Assembly (NCBI RefSeq): GCF_004353825.1
Contig: NZ_SMNA01000003.1
Coordinates: 62,001 to 126,000 of the forward strand
Source of the DNA: Occultella glacieicola
Lineage (GTDB): Bacteria > Actinomycetota > Actinomycetes > Actinomycetales > Beutenbergiaceae
Direction: 5' to 3'
DNA length: 64,000 bases
This document shows positions 52,756-64,000 of this stretch, piece by piece; position 1 is the first letter of the stretch; the number at the start of each line of letters is the position of its first letter. A program made the translations under genes and the position numbers. The notes beneath the pieces were generated by a model. It was not told the origin of the DNA and did no database searches. It saw only the letters and a list, made by a program, of their open reading frames with translations.

Positions 52756-54063
52756 TCAGCCCGGCGTCGCCGCGGCGGCAGCCCTGGCGGCCGCCGGCAG
52801 GGCGGCGAGGATCTGCTCCACGGACGCGTCGTCGTGGGCGCCCGAGACGAACCAGGCCTCGAACGCCGACGGCGGCAGGTTGACCCCGGCGTCGAGCATC
52901 GCGTGGAAGAACGGCGGGTAACGCCACGTCTGCGCCGCCTTCACCTCCTCGTACGTGCGCGGACCGGGGCCGGACCAACCCTGCCCGGCCGCGGTGCCGA
53001 ACGCGAACGAGAACAGGTTGCCGGCGCGCTGGACGGCGACCGGCACGCCCTCGGCGGCCAGGGCGGCCGGCACGGCGGCCGCGATCGTGTCGGCGACGGC
53101 GTCCACCCGGGCATACACCCCGCCGTCGACCAGGCGCAGGGTCGCGGCCCCGGCTGCGACGGCCACCGGGTTCCCGGACAGGGTGCCGGCCTGGTAGACC
53201 GGCCCGGCCGGGGCGAGCATGCGCATCACGTCCGCGCGCCCGGCGAGGGCGGCCACCGGCAGGCCACCGCCGATGACCTTGCCGAACGTGAGCAGGTCCG
53301 GCGTCCAGCCGCCCTCGAGGCCCCACCACCCGGCCGGCCCGACGCGGAACCCGGTGAGTACCTCGTCGGCGATGAACAGGGCACCCTCGGCGTGGGCGAT
53401 CTCGGCGACCGCGGCGTTGAAACCAGAGTCCGGCGCCACCACCCCCATATTCGCGGCCGCCGCCTCGGTGATCACGGCGGCGATCCGGCCGGGGTGGGCG
53501 GCGAAGGCGGCCCGCACGGCGTCGAGGTCGTTGTAGCCGATCACGATGGTCTGCTCGGCGAACGCGGCCGGTACGCCGGCGGACCCGGGCAGGGACAGGG
53601 TGGCGACCCCGGACCCGGACTCGGCGAGCAGCCCGTCGGAATGGCCGTGGTAGTGCCCGGCGAACTTGACGATCAGATCCCGGCCGGTGTAGCCACGCGC
53701 CACCCGCAGTGCGGTCATCGTGGCCTCGGTGCCGGTGGACACGAGCCGGACGAGTTCGGCCACCGGCACCCGCTCCCGGATGAGTTCGGCCAGCTCCACC
53801 TCGCCCGGGGTGGGTGCCCCGAACGAGAGTCCGCGGGCGGCCGCCTCCTGCACGGCGGCGACGACCTCCGGGTGGGCGTGCCCGAGCAGCGCCGGCCCCC
53901 ACGAGCCGACCAGGTCCACGTACTCACGACCGCCGGAGTCGGTGACCCGCGGCCCGCTCGCGGAGACCAGGAACAGCGGGTCCCCGCCGACGCCGTTGAA
54001 GGCCCGCACGGGTGAGTTCACGCCGCCGGGGATGACGGCGGCGGCACGTTCGACCAGGTTCAT
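52756..54063 (-). CDS. hemL: Glutamate-1-semialdehyde 2,1-aminomutase
   Basis: [51 protein letters not shown]. Confidence 0.97.
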   Translation of the reverse strand: MNLVERAAAVIPGGVNSPVRAFNGVGGDPLFLVSASGPRVTDSGGREYVDLVGSWGPALLGHAHPEVVAAVQEAAARGLSFGAPTPGEVELAELIRERVPVAELVRLVSTGTEATMTALRVARGYTGRDLIVKFAGHYHGHSDGLLAESGSGVATLSLPGSAGVPAAFAEQTIVIGYNDLDAVRAAFAAHPGRIAAVITEAAAANMGVVAPDSGFNAAVAEIAHAEGALFIADEVLTGFRVGPAGWWGLEGGWTPDLLTFGKVIGGGLPVAALAGRADVMRMLAPAGPVYQAGTLSGNPVAVAAGAATLRLVDGGVYARVDAVADTIAAAVPAALAAEGVPVAVQRAGNLFSFAFGTAAGQGWSGPGPRTYEEVKAAQTWRYPPFFHAMLDAGVNLPPSAFEAWFVSGAHDDASVEQILAALPAAARAAAAATPG

Positions 54064-55040
54064 CGGGGGTCCGTTCCTCGGGTGAGTTGCTCGGCCAGTT
54101 CCACGGCCCAGTAGGTCAGCACGGCATCGGCACCGGCCCGCTTGATGGACAGCACCGTCTCGGCGATCGTGCGGTCCCGGTCCAGCCAGCCGTTCGCGGC
54201 GGCGGCCTCGACCATCGCGTACTCGCCGGACACCTGGTAGGCCCAGACCGGAACCGGGGAGGTGGCGGCGACGTCGGCGAGCACGTCCAGGTAGCTGAGC
54301 GCGGGCTTGACCATGACCACGTCGGCGCCCTCGGCGACGTCCAGGCCGGCCTCGCGAACGCCCTCACGGCGGTTCGCCGGGTCGAGCTGGTAGCTGCGCC
54401 GGTCCCCGGTGAGCTGGGAGTCGACCGCCTCACGGAACGGCCCGTAGAACGCTGAGGCGTACTTGCCGGCGTAGGCGAGGATCGCAACGTCGGTGTGCCC
54501 CTGCGCGTCCAGGGCGTCCCGGACGGCGGCGACCTGCCCGTCCATCATGCCGCTCAGGCCGAGCAGCGCGGACCCGGCGCGGGCCTGGGCCAGGGCCATG
54601 TCGGCGTACCGGAGCAGGGTGGCGTCATTGTCGACCCGGCCGCCGGCGTCCAGGACGCCGCAGTGGCCGTGGTCGGTGAACTCGTCAAGGCACAGGTCCG
54701 TCTGGACGACGACGGCATCCCCCACCTCCGCGGCGACGGCGGCGGTGGCCACGTTCAGGATTCCGTTCGGGTCGGTCGCGCCGGTTCCGGTCGCGTCCCG
54801 GACCTCGGGCACGCCGAAGAGCATCAGCCCGCCGACCCCGGCCTGCGCCGCCTCGGTCGCAGCCCGGCGCAGCGAGTCCAGGGAGTGCTGGAGCACGCCC
54901 GGCATCGAGGCGATCGGCCGGGACTCGGCGGCCTCGATGACGAACATCGGCAGCACCAGGTCACTCGGGTGCAGGCGCGTCTGCGCGACCAGGCGGCGCA
55001 TCGCCGGGGTGCTGCGCAGGCGGCGGGGTCGGATCCTCAA
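54060..55040 (-). CDS. hemB: Porphobilinogen synthase
   Basis: [43 protein letters not shown]. Confidence 0.97.
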   Translation of the reverse strand: MRIRPRRLRSTPAMRRLVAQTRLHPSDLVLPMFVIEAAESRPIASMPGVLQHSLDSLRRAATEAAQAGVGGLMLFGVPEVRDATGTGATDPNGILNVATAAVAAEVGDAVVVQTDLCLDEFTDHGHCGVLDAGGRVDNDATLLRYADMALAQARAGSALLGLSGMMDGQVAAVRDALDAQGHTDVAILAYAGKYASAFYGPFREAVDSQLTGDRRSYQLDPANRREGVREAGLDVAEGADVVMVKPALSYLDVLADVAATSPVPVWAYQVSGEYAMVEAAAANGWLDRDRTIAETVLSIKRAGADAVLTYWAVELAEQLTRGTDPR

Positions 55041-55792
55041 CTGACGTCCTCCAGTGCCCCGATCAGGGCGTCGACGGTGCGTTCGGGTGCGACCACGTCC
55101 GCGCGGAGCCCGACGGCCGCCGCGTCCCGCGCGGTCACCGGGCCGAGGCAGGCGATGGTCGTGGTCGTGGGCATCGCGAACCGGGCCAGGGACCGGGCCA
55201 CGGATCCGCTGGTGACGAGCACGGCGTCCGCGCGGCCGGCGGCGAGGCCCGCAATGTCGTCCTCGGGCACCGCCAGTTCCTGCACGCGGTAGCCGATCAC
55301 GGTGTCCACCCGGTGGCCCCGTGCGCTCAGCCCGTCCGCGAGTGTGTCCCGGGCGAGGTCGGAGTGCAGCACCAGCACCCGGGACGGCGAGCCGGTCCCC
55401 GCCGGTCCGCTCGTGGCGGCCTCGATGCCGGCGAGTCCCCAGGCCCGCAGCAGTCCCTCGGCGCTGAAGTCCGCCTCCGGCACCAGGTCGACGGCGAAGC
55501 CCGCGCCCTCGAGTGCCGCGGCCGTGGCGGGGCCGACCGCGGCCACCCTGGCGCGCACCTCGGCGGCGGACTCGAGCACGCCGACGGTGGCGGCGGAGGT
55601 CACCACGAGCCAGTCGTAGTCGCCGGCGGTGAGCCGGCCCACGGCGTCGCGGACCTGCGGGGTGTGCAGCGGCCGGGCGGCCACGAGCGGCACCACCCAG
55701 CCGGTGGCGCCCCGCTCGGCGAGCAGATCGCAGACCCGGGCGCCCCAGCTACCGCCCCGAGGGACGAGCACGGTGCGTCCGGCGAGCGTCAT
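55037..55792 (-). CDS. hemD: Uroporphyrinogen-III synthase
   Basis: WLVVTS, AVGPATA, VTSGS, CLGPVT; operon position. Confidence 0.9.
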   Translation of the reverse strand: MTLAGRTVLVPRGGSWGARVCDLLAERGATGWVVPLVAARPLHTPQVRDAVGRLTAGDYDWLVVTSAATVGVLESAAEVRARVAAVGPATAAALEGAGFAVDLVPEADFSAEGLLRAWGLAGIEAATSGPAGTGSPSRVLVLHSDLARDTLADGLSARGHRVDTVIGYRVQELAVPEDDIAGLAAGRADAVLVTSGSVARSLARFAMPTTTTIACLGPVTARDAAAVGLRADVVAPERTVDALIGALEDVS

Positions 55793-55797
55793 GACCC

Positions 55798-56736
55798 TCA
55801 GCCCGCGATCCAGGCGCCGGCACCCGCGGCCAGCAGATCCGCGGCGACGGCGCGGCCGAGCGCCGCGGCCTCGTCCGGACGGCCGGTCGCGGCGGCGGTA
55901 CGGGACTCACCCCCACCGGGGCGGTAGGCCGTCCCGGAAACGGTCAGGACGCCGTCGCTCGCGGTGGCCGTGGCCCCGACGGGTGCGGCACAGCCGGCCT
56001 CGAGGGCGGCGAGCAGGGCCCGCTCGGCGGTGACCGCGGCCCAGGCGTCGGAGTCGTGGATGCCGGCGAGCGCCGCGGCCAGGGCGGTGCCGGTGGCGTC
56101 GGTCTCCCGGATCTCGACGGCGAGCGCACCCTGGCCGGGCGCGCCCGGCCAGGTGTCGAGGTCGAGTTCGGCGGTGATCGCATCGGCGCGCCCGATCCGG
56201 CGCAGCCCGGCGGCGGCGAGGATCACGGCGTCGAGTTCACCGTCGGCGACGAAGCCGAGCCGGGTGTCGACGTTCCCGCGGATGTCCACGACCTCCAGGT
56301 CCGGCCTGGCGGTGTGCAACTGCGCGGCCCGCCGCGGGGACCCGGTGCCCACCCGAGCCCCGGGCGGCAACGTGGCCAGGGTGAGCCCGTCGCGGGCGCA
56401 GAGGGCGTCGCGGGCGTCCTCGCGGACCGGGGTCGCGGCCACGACCAGCCCCGGGTGCGGGGTCGTCGGCAGGTCCTTGAGGGAGTGCACCACGGCATCG
56501 CACTCCCCCGCCAGCAGCGCGGTCCGCAAGGCGGCGGCGAACACGCCGGTGCCGCCGAGGGAGGCCAGTGAGGCCCGGTTGCGATCGCCCTCGCTGGTCA
56601 TCGGCACCAGTTCGGTGGCCAGTCCGGCGACGGTCAGGGCGGCGGCCACGGTCTGCGTCTGGGTCCGGGCGAGCCGGGACGCGCGGGTGCCGATGCGGGC
56701 CACTGTCCCGACGTGCCGCCCGGCCGTGTCGGTCAC
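55798..56736 (-). CDS. hemC: Hydroxymethylbilane synthase
   Basis: IGTRASRLA, VHSLKD, GTGSPRR, IRGNVDTR, APGQG, AGCAAP. Confidence 0.97.
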   Translation of the reverse strand: MTDTAGRHVGTVARIGTRASRLARTQTQTVAAALTVAGLATELVPMTSEGDRNRASLASLGGTGVFAAALRTALLAGECDAVVHSLKDLPTTPHPGLVVAATPVREDARDALCARDGLTLATLPPGARVGTGSPRRAAQLHTARPDLEVVDIRGNVDTRLGFVADGELDAVILAAAGLRRIGRADAITAELDLDTWPGAPGQGALAVEIRETDATGTALAAALAGIHDSDAWAAVTAERALLAALEAGCAAPVGATATASDGVLTVSGTAYRPGGGESRTAAATGRPDEAAALGRAVAADLLAAGAGAWIAG

Positions 56737-57950
56737 GGCGCCAGCCCGGCCACCGCCGGCCGGAAGCCCCGCCGGGCGTTCTCGCAGCACCCGGGACGGC
56801 ACACGTCGTACCAGGGACCGAGGGAGGTCAGCGCGGGCCGGTCCGCGACCGAGGTGCCCCGGAGCCGTTCGACGACGAGGTCCACCAGGCCGCTGACGAA
56901 CCTGGGGTGGATGCCCGGGGTCGGCACCCGGACGGCGTCGATCCCGTGTTCGCCGGCGGTCTCGAGGGCCTCGGTGTCCAGGTCCCAGGCGACCTCCATG
57001 TGGTCGGAGAGGAACCCGAGCGGCACGATCACCACACCGTCGACGCCCTTGGCCGGGAGTTCGGCGATGGCGTCGTTGACGTCCGGCTCGAGCCAGGGCT
57101 GGCTGGGCGGGCCGGAGCGGGACTGGTAGACGAGCTGCCAGGGAGTCTCCGGTTCGCCGATCGCCTCCATGACCACCTCGGCGACCGCACGGTGCTGCGC
57201 GGCGTACGCGCCGCCGTCGCCCAGGCCGAGTTCGGCGGGGCCGGAGCGCTGCGCGTCGCCCATCGGGATCGAGTGGGTCGCGAACAGCACCTCGATGGTG
57301 CTCGCGCCGTGCTCGCGCAGCGTGGCCAGGCCGGCCGCGACACCGTCGACGAACGGGGCCACGAAGCCCGGGTGGTCGAAGTACTGGCGCACCTTGTCGA
57401 TCTCGAGGACGTCGCCGAGGCCGGTGTCCTCGAGCGCGTCGGCGAGGTCCTCGCGGTACTGCCGACAGCTGGAGTAGGAGGAGTACGCGCTGGTCGGGAT
57501 GGCGAGCAGGCGGCGGTGCCCCGCGGCGTCCGCCTCCCGGAGCGCGTCATTGAGGTAGGGGTCCCAGTTCCGGTTGCCCCAGTGGACCGGCAGGTCGAGG
57601 CCGCGTCCGGCGAGCTCGGCCTCGAGGGCGGCCTTGAGCTGGCGGTTGTGGCCGTTGATGGGGCTGACGCCCCCGAACGCCCGGTAGTGGTGGGCGACCT
57701 CCTCCAGCCGCTCGTCCGGGATGCCGCGCCCGGCGGTGACGTTGCGCAGGAACGGCAGCACGTCGTCCTGCCCCTCCGGTCCGCCGAACCCGGCCAGCAG
57801 GATCGCGTCGTAGGCGACCGGTTCGGTGACGTGCTCGGGACCGGTCCGGGCGGCCGGCGTGGCCGCCGCGACGACGGCGCCCGGCGCCATCGGCGCGGAG
57901 GTGGCGGGAGCAGGTTTGCGGCCGCGCGGGGCGCGCGCGTCGACGCTCAC
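56733..57950 (-). CDS. hemH: Coproporphyrin ferrochelatase (CpfC)
   Basis: GFGGPEG, GGVSP, SCRQYRE, THSIP, YQSRSG, WLEPD, SDHMEV; C-terminal CRPGCC Fe-S motif. Confidence 0.95.
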   Translation of the reverse strand: MSVDARAPRGRKPAPATSAPMAPGAVVAAATPAARTGPEHVTEPVAYDAILLAGFGGPEGQDDVLPFLRNVTAGRGIPDERLEEVAHHYRAFGGVSPINGHNRQLKAALEAELAGRGLDLPVHWGNRNWDPYLNDALREADAAGHRRLLAIPTSAYSSYSSCRQYREDLADALEDTGLGDVLEIDKVRQYFDHPGFVAPFVDGVAAGLATLREHGASTIEVLFATHSIPMGDAQRSGPAELGLGDGGAYAAQHRAVAEVVMEAIGEPETPWQLVYQSRSGPPSQPWLEPDVNDAIAELPAKGVDGVVIVPLGFLSDHMEVAWDLDTEALETAGEHGIDAVRVPTPGIHPRFVSGLVDLVVERLRGTSVADRPALTSLGPWYDVCRPGCCENARRGFRPAVAGLAP

Positions 57951-58660
57951 GCGAGCACCCGCGCGAGTTCGGCGGCGCTGACCCGGCGGCCGGTGTAGAA
58001 CGGGGTCTCCTCGCGCACATGCAGTCGGGCATCGGTGTAGCGCAGGTCTCGCATCAGGTCCACCAGGTTCGCCAGGTCGTCGTCCTCGAGGGCAAGGATC
58101 CACTCGTAGTCGCCGAGCGCGAAGGCGGCCACGGTGTTGGAGAGCACGGACCGGAACTGCGAACCGCGGCGGCCGTGGTCGGCCAGCATCTGGCGGCGTT
58201 CGTCCTCGGGCAGCAGGTACCAGCCGTGCGAGCGCACGAACGGGTAGACGGTCAGCCAGCCGGCAGGGTCCTTGCCGCGCAGGAAGGCGGGCACGTGCCT
58301 GGCGTTGAACTCCGCCTCCCGGTGCATGCCGAGCGTGTTCCAGGTGGGCAGCAGGGTGTTCAGCAGCGCGGTGCGGCGCAGGTCCCGCAGTCCGGCCTGG
58401 AGGTCCTCGGCGCGGTTGCCGTGGATCCAGATCATGGCGTCCGCGTCCGCCTTGATGCTGGAGACGTCGTACAGCCCGCGGGTGGTGACGCCGGCGGCGG
58501 CCAGACGCTCGATCGTGGCCTCGACCTCGGCGACGGCGTCCTCGGAGACGTCGGGGTCGCGGTGGGGGTCACGGCGCAGGACGGCCCACAGGGTGTACCC
58601 GGAGGGGTTCTCCTCGGCGCCCGCGTGCGGAGGGTTGGAAACGTTGCTGTCGGTGGTCAC
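57947..58660 (-). CDS. hemQ: Coproheme decarboxylase (ChdC)
   Basis: HREAEFN, YPFVRS, WYLLP, FALGDYEW, PFYTG. Confidence 0.95.
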   Translation of the reverse strand: MTTDSNVSNPPHAGAEENPSGYTLWAVLRRDPHRDPDVSEDAVAEVEATIERLAAAGVTTRGLYDVSSIKADADAMIWIHGNRAEDLQAGLRDLRRTALLNTLLPTWNTLGMHREAEFNARHVPAFLRGKDPAGWLTVYPFVRSHGWYLLPEDERRQMLADHGRRGSQFRSVLSNTVAAFALGDYEWILALEDDDLANLVDLMRDLRYTDARLHVREETPFYTGRRVSAAELARVLA

Positions 58661-58705
58661 CCGATCACCATAAACCCGCACCAGAATGCCGATCACGACG
58701 GTTCG

Positions 58706-60223
58706 TCAGAACCCCGAGACCCGCTCCCCCGCGGCCCGTGCGTCCGCGATCACCGACGCCAGACCCGTGCCCGCGATCCAGGTGCCGGCCAGGTCGAGCG
58801 AGTCGTCCGTGGCGACCGCTGCGCGCGCCCGGTCGACGTGGTGTGACATCCCCCACGCCCGCACCGGGCGGGGCAGGACCAGGGACACCCGGGCATGGTC
58901 GACGAGCGCGCGCGACCCGAGCGTGATCCCGAGCAGCCGGCCGGCATCGGCGAGCGCGAGCGTGGCCCGGGCCTCCGGGTCCTCGCCCGCGATCCCGGCC
59001 GCATAGGAGAGCCGGATGATGGCCCGGTCCGGGCCGGCCGCCTGCCCGAGCCAGTCCCACTTGGCGCTCGCGTAGGTGAGCGCCTTCGCGCCGCGACCGG
59101 GCACGGCCACGAGCACGCCCGCGCGGGGGTGCTCGGGCAGTGCGGACGCGTCGAGCATGAGGGTGACCAGGTCCACGCCCGACGGCGAGGGCCAGTCCGC
59201 CGCCAGCGTCGCCAGGGACCGGGTCGCGCCGCGTGGGGCGCCGCCGGCGCCCGGGCGTGGCGCCCACGGGGCGTGCTCGGGAACCGGGCGCAGGAACGCC
59301 CAGGCATGCGGCGCACAGGCGAGCAGCACCCGGTCCGCCCGTAAGGTGGCGGACGCGGTGCGCACGATCCAGCCACCGCCGTCGGGCGTGAGCGCGGCGA
59401 CCGCGGCGTCCGTCCGCAGGTCGGCGCCCAGCCGGGTCAGGTCGGCGACGAGGGCGGCGACGAGCCGGTGGATGCCGCCGCGCAGGCCCTGCACGGCGCT
59501 GCCGGCCGGTGCGGCAGCGCGGATTCCGGCGAGGGCGGCGGCCAGCGACCCGGTCTCGGCGACCCGGTCCAGGACGCCGGGGAGCAGGTCGGTGGCGGCC
59601 AGTTCCTCGGGTTCGACCGAGTGCACGCCGCGGACCACCGGGCGCAGCAGCCGGTCCGTGACCGCCTCCCCCATGCGGGCCGTGACCAGGGCGGCCAGGC
59701 TGATCGGAACACGTCCCGACGATGCCGCGACGGACGCGCCGACGCCGGGCCGGGCGCCGGTCACCTCGACGGGCAGTTCCAGGTCCCGGCGCGCCCGGGC
59801 CAGACCGTCCGCGCCGAGGACCTCGGCCAGGCCGGGCGCGTCGAGTTCGGTCGGGATGCCCAGCACCCCGGTGGCGGGCATCGGCCGGGAGACCCCGTCG
59901 TGATGGACCCGAGCGGGCACGCGGGTCGGCGTCACGATCTGGTCCGCGAGGCCGAGGTCACCCAGGAGCGCGGCGACGGTCCCGCCCCGCGTCGCGAAGC
60001 TCTCGGCACCCGCGTCCAGGGCCACCCCACCCACCCGGTGCATCCCGACCATGCCTCCGAAGGAGGTGGCAGCCTCGAGGACCGTCACGGACCGACCGGC
60101 GCGGGCCGCCTCCCAGGCCGCCACCAGTCCGGCGACGCCGCCGCCGATGACCACGAGCTCGGCCGTCGACGAGATGTCCGACGCTTCCGCGGCAGTTGCT
60201 CCGGCGGTCTCGGCGGTGCTCAT
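58706..60223 (-). CDS. hemY: Coproporphyrinogen/protoporphyrinogen oxidase (CgoX)
   Basis: [12 protein letters not shown] motif, [20 protein letters not shown]; operon position. Confidence 0.9.
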   Translation of the reverse strand: MSTAETAGATAAEASDISSTAELVVIGGGVAGLVAAWEAARAGRSVTVLEAATSFGGMVGMHRVGGVALDAGAESFATRGGTVAALLGDLGLADQIVTPTRVPARVHHDGVSRPMPATGVLGIPTELDAPGLAEVLGADGLARARRDLELPVEVTGARPGVGASVAASSGRVPISLAALVTARMGEAVTDRLLRPVVRGVHSVEPEELAATDLLPGVLDRVAETGSLAAALAGIRAAAPAGSAVQGLRGGIHRLVAALVADLTRLGADLRTDAAVAALTPDGGGWIVRTASATLRADRVLLACAPHAWAFLRPVPEHAPWAPRPGAGGAPRGATRSLATLAADWPSPSGVDLVTLMLDASALPEHPRAGVLVAVPGRGAKALTYASAKWDWLGQAAGPDRAIIRLSYAAGIAGEDPEARATLALADAGRLLGITLGSRALVDHARVSLVLPRPVRAWGMSHHVDRARAAVATDDSLDLAGTWIAGTGLASVIADARAAGERVSGF

Positions 60224-61326
60224 CGGCCGGAGGCGGCGTGCACCGTCTCCACGATCCGGGTGAGCACGGTCGGGTCGGTCTCGGGTGGCACCCCGTGTCC
60301 GAGGTTGAGCACGTGCGCCGGGGCGGAGGTGCCGCGGGCGAGCACGTCCTGGACATGCGCCTCCAGCACCGGCCATGGGGCGGCGAGCAGGGCCGGGTCG
60401 ACGTTGCCCTGCAGCGGCACCCCGGGCAGGGCCGCGGCGGCCGTGTCCAACGGGGTGCGGTAGTCGACGCCGACCACATCCACACCGACCTCGTGCATGG
60501 CCCCGAGCAGGTGCCCGGTGCCGACCCCGAAGTGCACCGTCGGGACCCGGCCGTCGTTCGAGGCCGCACCGGCCACCTGGAGCTCGCGGACCGGCGCGAG
60601 CGCGGCCGCCGACTGCGGCGCCACCCGCGCGCGGTAGTCGGCCAGGGACAGGCCGCCGGCCCAGGAGTCGAACAGCTGGGCCGCGGACGCACCGGCCCGG
60701 ACCTGCGCGAGCAGGAACGCACCGGTGAGCTCGGCGAGCCAGGACATCAGGTCGGCCCACACCTCGGGGGCGCCGTGCATGAGCGTGCGTGCGGCCAGCT
60801 GGTCCTTCGACGGGCCACCCTCCACCAGGTAGGCGGCGAGCGTGAACGGCGCCCCGGCGAACCCGATCAACGGGGTGCCGCCGAGTTCGCGGACCAACTG
60901 TCCCACTGCGGTGGTGACGGGCTCGAACAGACCGCCGGGGACGCCGTCGGGCGTGAGCGCGCGAAGCGCGGCGACATCCGCAGCGGTCCGGACCGGGTTC
61001 GCCAGCACCGGACCCTTGCCGGGCACGATGTCCACGTCCACGCCGATCAGGCGCAACGGGACCACGATGTCGCTGAAGAAGATCGCGGCGTCCACGCCGT
61101 GTCGACGAACCGGCTGCAAACTAATCTCGGTGACCAGATCCGGTTCGAGGCACGCCTGAAGCATCCGGGTCCCGGTGCGCAGGGCGCGGTACTCCGGCAG
61201 CGAGCGACCGGCCTGCCGCATGAACCACACCGGCGTGACCGGCGGGCGCTCGCCGGAATAGGCGCGGACGAGGGGCGAGGAGGCCGTGGCACCCGTGAGC
61301 GGGTGGTCGGCGGGCAGGAGGCTCAC
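60220..61326 (-). CDS. hemE: Uroporphyrinogen decarboxylase
   Basis: [37 protein letters not shown]. Confidence 0.97.
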   Translation of the reverse strand: MSLLPADHPLTGATASSPLVRAYSGERPPVTPVWFMRQAGRSLPEYRALRTGTRMLQACLEPDLVTEISLQPVRRHGVDAAIFFSDIVVPLRLIGVDVDIVPGKGPVLANPVRTAADVAALRALTPDGVPGGLFEPVTTAVGQLVRELGGTPLIGFAGAPFTLAAYLVEGGPSKDQLAARTLMHGAPEVWADLMSWLAELTGAFLLAQVRAGASAAQLFDSWAGGLSLADYRARVAPQSAAALAPVRELQVAGAASNDGRVPTVHFGVGTGHLLGAMHEVGVDVVGVDYRTPLDTAAAALPGVPLQGNVDPALLAAPWPVLEAHVQDVLARGTSAPAHVLNLGHGVPPETDPTVLTRIVETVHAASGR

Positions 61327-61451
61327 GCGTCTGATTCTGACATCACCGGCACGAGTGTCGTGACCACGGCCCGCATGGCTGCGCACGGAGGCCCCTTGCT
61401 GCCCGCCGTCGGCACGCTCACACTGGACGTCGAAGCCTTGGAGGCGATCCC

Positions 61452-62144
61452 ATGACCCTGTTCGGGCTCATCCCCGGCGCCGGCTGTGACCCTGCGTACT
61501 GGGCCCCCACCCAGAGAGCACTGGACGCGCTCGGGTTCGACTCGGTCGCCGTCGACCTGCCCAGCAGTGACGATGGCGCCGACTTCAACACCTACGCCGA
61601 CGTGACCGTGGACGCCCTGGCTGGGCATGCCGACGTGGTCCTGGTGGCGCACTCGTTCGGCGCCTTCACCGCTCCACTGGTGTGCGCCCGGCGCCCCGTC
61701 GACCTGCTCGTGCTGCTCTCTGCGATGGTGCCGCAACCGGGCGAGTCACCTGCGGACTGGTGGGCCGCGACCGGCCAGGAACAGGCCCAGGCAGACGCGG
61801 CCGCGGCGGCCGGTCGGCCGGGCGAGGAGTCCATGGCCGACGTCTTCTACCACGACCTCACCCCGGCCCAGTCGGAGCAGGCTCAGTTGTGGGATCGGCC
61901 ACAGTCAGCAACCCCGTTCGAACAGACGTGGCCGATGACGCACTGGCCGGAGGTCGCCACCCACGTGCTCGGGTTCGCCGAGGACCGCCTCTTCCCGCTG
62001 CCCTTCCAACGGCGCGTGGCCGCGCAGCGACTCGGTCTCCGGGTCACCGCCGTGCCGGGCGGGCACATGGGCATGGTGTCCCGACCGGGTCCACTCGCCG
62101 CGGCGCTGCGCTCCTGTGTCGGGTCCATCTCCACCACGATCTGA
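61452..62144 (+). CDS. Alpha/beta-fold hydrolase
   Basis: LIPGAG, LVAHSFG, EDRLFP, PGGH. Confidence 0.88.
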   Translation: MTLFGLIPGAGCDPAYWAPTQRALDALGFDSVAVDLPSSDDGADFNTYADVTVDALAGHADVVLVAHSFGAFTAPLVCARRPVDLLVLLSAMVPQPGESPADWWAATGQEQAQADAAAAAGRPGEESMADVFYHDLTPAQSEQAQLWDRPQSATPFEQTWPMTHWPEVATHVLGFAEDRLFPLPFQRRVAAQRLGLRVTAVPGGHMGMVSRPGPLAAALRSCVGSISTTI

Positions 62145-62189
62145 CAACCTGTTCGCACGTTGGAAACGCGACGGTCGTAGCATGGCCGC

Positions 62190-63464
62190 GTGCTGGTGTG
62201 CGTGAGTGCGAGTCATCGAACCGCGAGCTTCGCGGTCCTCGAACGACTCACGGCCGCCCATCCGGACCCGGCCGCACACCTCGCTGACGACGGGGTGCAG
62301 GGCGCCGTGCTGGTCACCACCTGCAACCGGGTCGAGGCCTATCTGGACGTCGCGGCCCAGACCGAGGCGCAGATCGACGCGGCGGTGAGCACCGCCATCG
62401 AGCGCCTCGCCACCGCGGCCGGAATCGATCCCGGCGAACTGCGCGCCCGGTCCCGGACGATGAGCTCCAGCCGGGTCGCCGCGCACCTGTTCGCGGTCGC
62501 CAGCGGCCTCGACTCCGTGGTGGTCGGCGAGGACGAGATCGCCGGTCAGGTACGCCGTGCCCTGGCCGATGCCCGCGCGGCCGGCGCCACCACGACCGCC
62601 CTGGAGCGCCTGTTCCAGATGGCCTCGACCACCTCGCGCGGGGTGAAGAACACGACCGGGATCAACGCGGCGGGACGGTCCATGGTCCGCCTGGCCCTTG
62701 ACCTCACCGAGAGCCGGATCCCGCAGTGGGCCGGCGCCCGGGTGCTGATCATCGGCACCGGCGCCTACGCACGCACCACGCTCGCCGCGCTGCGCGAGCG
62801 CGGGGTGAGCACCGTGGACGTGGCCTCCCCGTCCGGGCGTGAGCAGCAGTTCGCGAGCCGGGAGGGGGTGCGACCGGTCGGTGCGGGCGAGGTGCCGGCC
62901 GCGCTCGGCCGGGCGGACCTCATCATCACCTCCACGAACCAGGTCGCCCTGGACGCCGGGCGGCTCGCACCCGCCCGCCGCGGTGAGCGGCCCCTGCTGA
63001 TCATCGACCTCGGGCTGCCCGGCAACGTCACCAAGGACGTCACCGGGTTGCCCGGCGTGGATCTGCTCGACCTGGAGACGATCAGCCTGCACGCCCCGGT
63101 CGCGGAACTGAACGCGAGCGCCCAGGCCCACGACCTGGTGGCTGCCGCGACCCGGGAGTACGAGACCCGCACCGCCGCCGAGACCGCGGCTCCCGCGATC
63201 GTGGCCTACCGCGGTCGCATCGAGGAACTCCTCGAGGCCGAACTGGCTCGAGCCCGCGCCCGCGGTGAGCACACCGAGGAGGTGGAGCGCGCGCTGCGGC
63301 ACTTCGCCGGCGTGTTGGTGCACTCCCCCACGGCCCGGGTCCGCGACCTCGCCACGCAGGGCCGGTTGCCGGAGGCAACGGATGCGCTCGCCGCCCTGTA
63401 CGGCCTGCACGTGCCGCCCCATGACGAGAAGACGCTCGGGATGACCTACCGCCGCATCGGTTGA
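62190..63464 (+). CDS. hemA: Glutamyl-tRNA reductase
   Basis: SHRTA, TCNRVEAY, SGLDSVVVGEDEIAGQV, IGTGAY, IDLGLP; TAGCAT 6 nt before the GTG. Confidence 0.96.
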   Translation: MLVCVSASHRTASFAVLERLTAAHPDPAAHLADDGVQGAVLVTTCNRVEAYLDVAAQTEAQIDAAVSTAIERLATAAGIDPGELRARSRTMSSSRVAAHLFAVASGLDSVVVGEDEIAGQVRRALADARAAGATTTALERLFQMASTTSRGVKNTTGINAAGRSMVRLALDLTESRIPQWAGARVLIIGTGAYARTTLAALRERGVSTVDVASPSGREQQFASREGVRPVGAGEVPAALGRADLIITSTNQVALDAGRLAPARRGERPLLIIDLGLPGNVTKDVTGLPGVDLLDLETISLHAPVAELNASAQAHDLVAAATREYETRTAAETAAPAIVAYRGRIEELLEAELARARARGEHTEEVERALRHFAGVLVHSPTARVRDLATQGRLPEATDALAALYGLHVPPHDEKTLGMTYRRIG

Positions 63465-63521
63465 GGCGACCGGGGGCCCTGACTCCCGCGGGCGAGCCGG
63501 CGCAGGGTGAATGATGGGCTC

Positions 63522-64000
63522 GTGACCGGCCACGACTGGACCCTGCGGCACCCGACCCGCAACGCCGCCCACCGCGGGGCGGCAGGCACGCAAGTCCGCG
63601 CCACGTCGCTCGCTCGGCACCTTCATGACGCCGTACCGGGACCCGGTCGCGCACCTCACCGAGCAGAACGCCGACCGGGTGCCCGACCTCGTGCCGCTCC
63701 GGATGGCGCGGATGCTGCAGGACCCGTTCGCGTTCTACCGCGGGAGCGCGGGCCTGATGGCCCTCGACCTGGCCGACGCCGCACCATGGGACTGGGACCT
63801 CAAACGCCTGGTGACGAGCGCCGTCGTCAGGGGACGCCACGCCGGGTACGACGGCGCCGACATCGAGCGGACCGCCCGCGAGGCCCTGCGCACGTACGCG
63901 ACGGCCCTCGCCGATATCACTGCCCTCTCGCCGACGGCGCGCTACTTCATGCACACCGGGACCGCCAAGGCCGGGCGATGGCTCGACAAGGCCACCCGCA
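63522..64000 (+). pseudogene. DUF2252-family kinase-like gene, probably degraded, runs off window
   Basis: The frame of 63601 gives RDPV..QNADRVPDLVPLRMARM..PFAFYRGSAGLMALDL, then directly PWDWDLKRL. The likely GTG start at 63522 is in a different frame. Confidence 0.65.

Overview
High-GC actinobacterial chromosome segment, probably Micrococcales-like (inferred from gene order, tRNA sequences, the coproporphyrin-dependent heme pathway and pervasive leaderless -10 boxes). The core scaffold is leuC (truncated at the left edge), a divergent IclR/NdgR regulator, tRNA-Glu(CTC), tRNA-Gln(CTG), a HAD hydrolase, gltX and a FAH-family gene, plus a complete hemE-Y-Q-H-C-D-B-L operon with divergent hemA. 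Accessory modules sit between these. (1) A DesK/DesR-like two-component system is coupled to an APH-like kinase and faces away from an ABC exporter, with an arylsulfatase between them flanked by near-identical 18-bp direct repeats. (2) A MarR-MFS pair has a perfect operator palindrome. (3) A YafY-type WYL regulator faces three small ORFs, two of them clear paralogues. (4) A Pls/PosA-like membrane NRPS is coupled to an M1 aminopeptidase. (5) A four-gene FtsX/MacB-type ABC system has an ATPase with an AbrB-like tail. Also present are a sortase-anchored P-domain protein, ligB, a SOS-box-bearing DUF222-HNH gene with internal tandem repeats, an SRPBCC-ArsR cassette between two paralogous membrane proteins, a guanidine-III riboswitch ahead of a Gdx/SMR pair, and a probably degraded DUF2252 gene at the right edge. 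I found no integrase, transposase, rRNA or genuine CRISPR array. All family calls come from motif recognition by eye; no database search was run.
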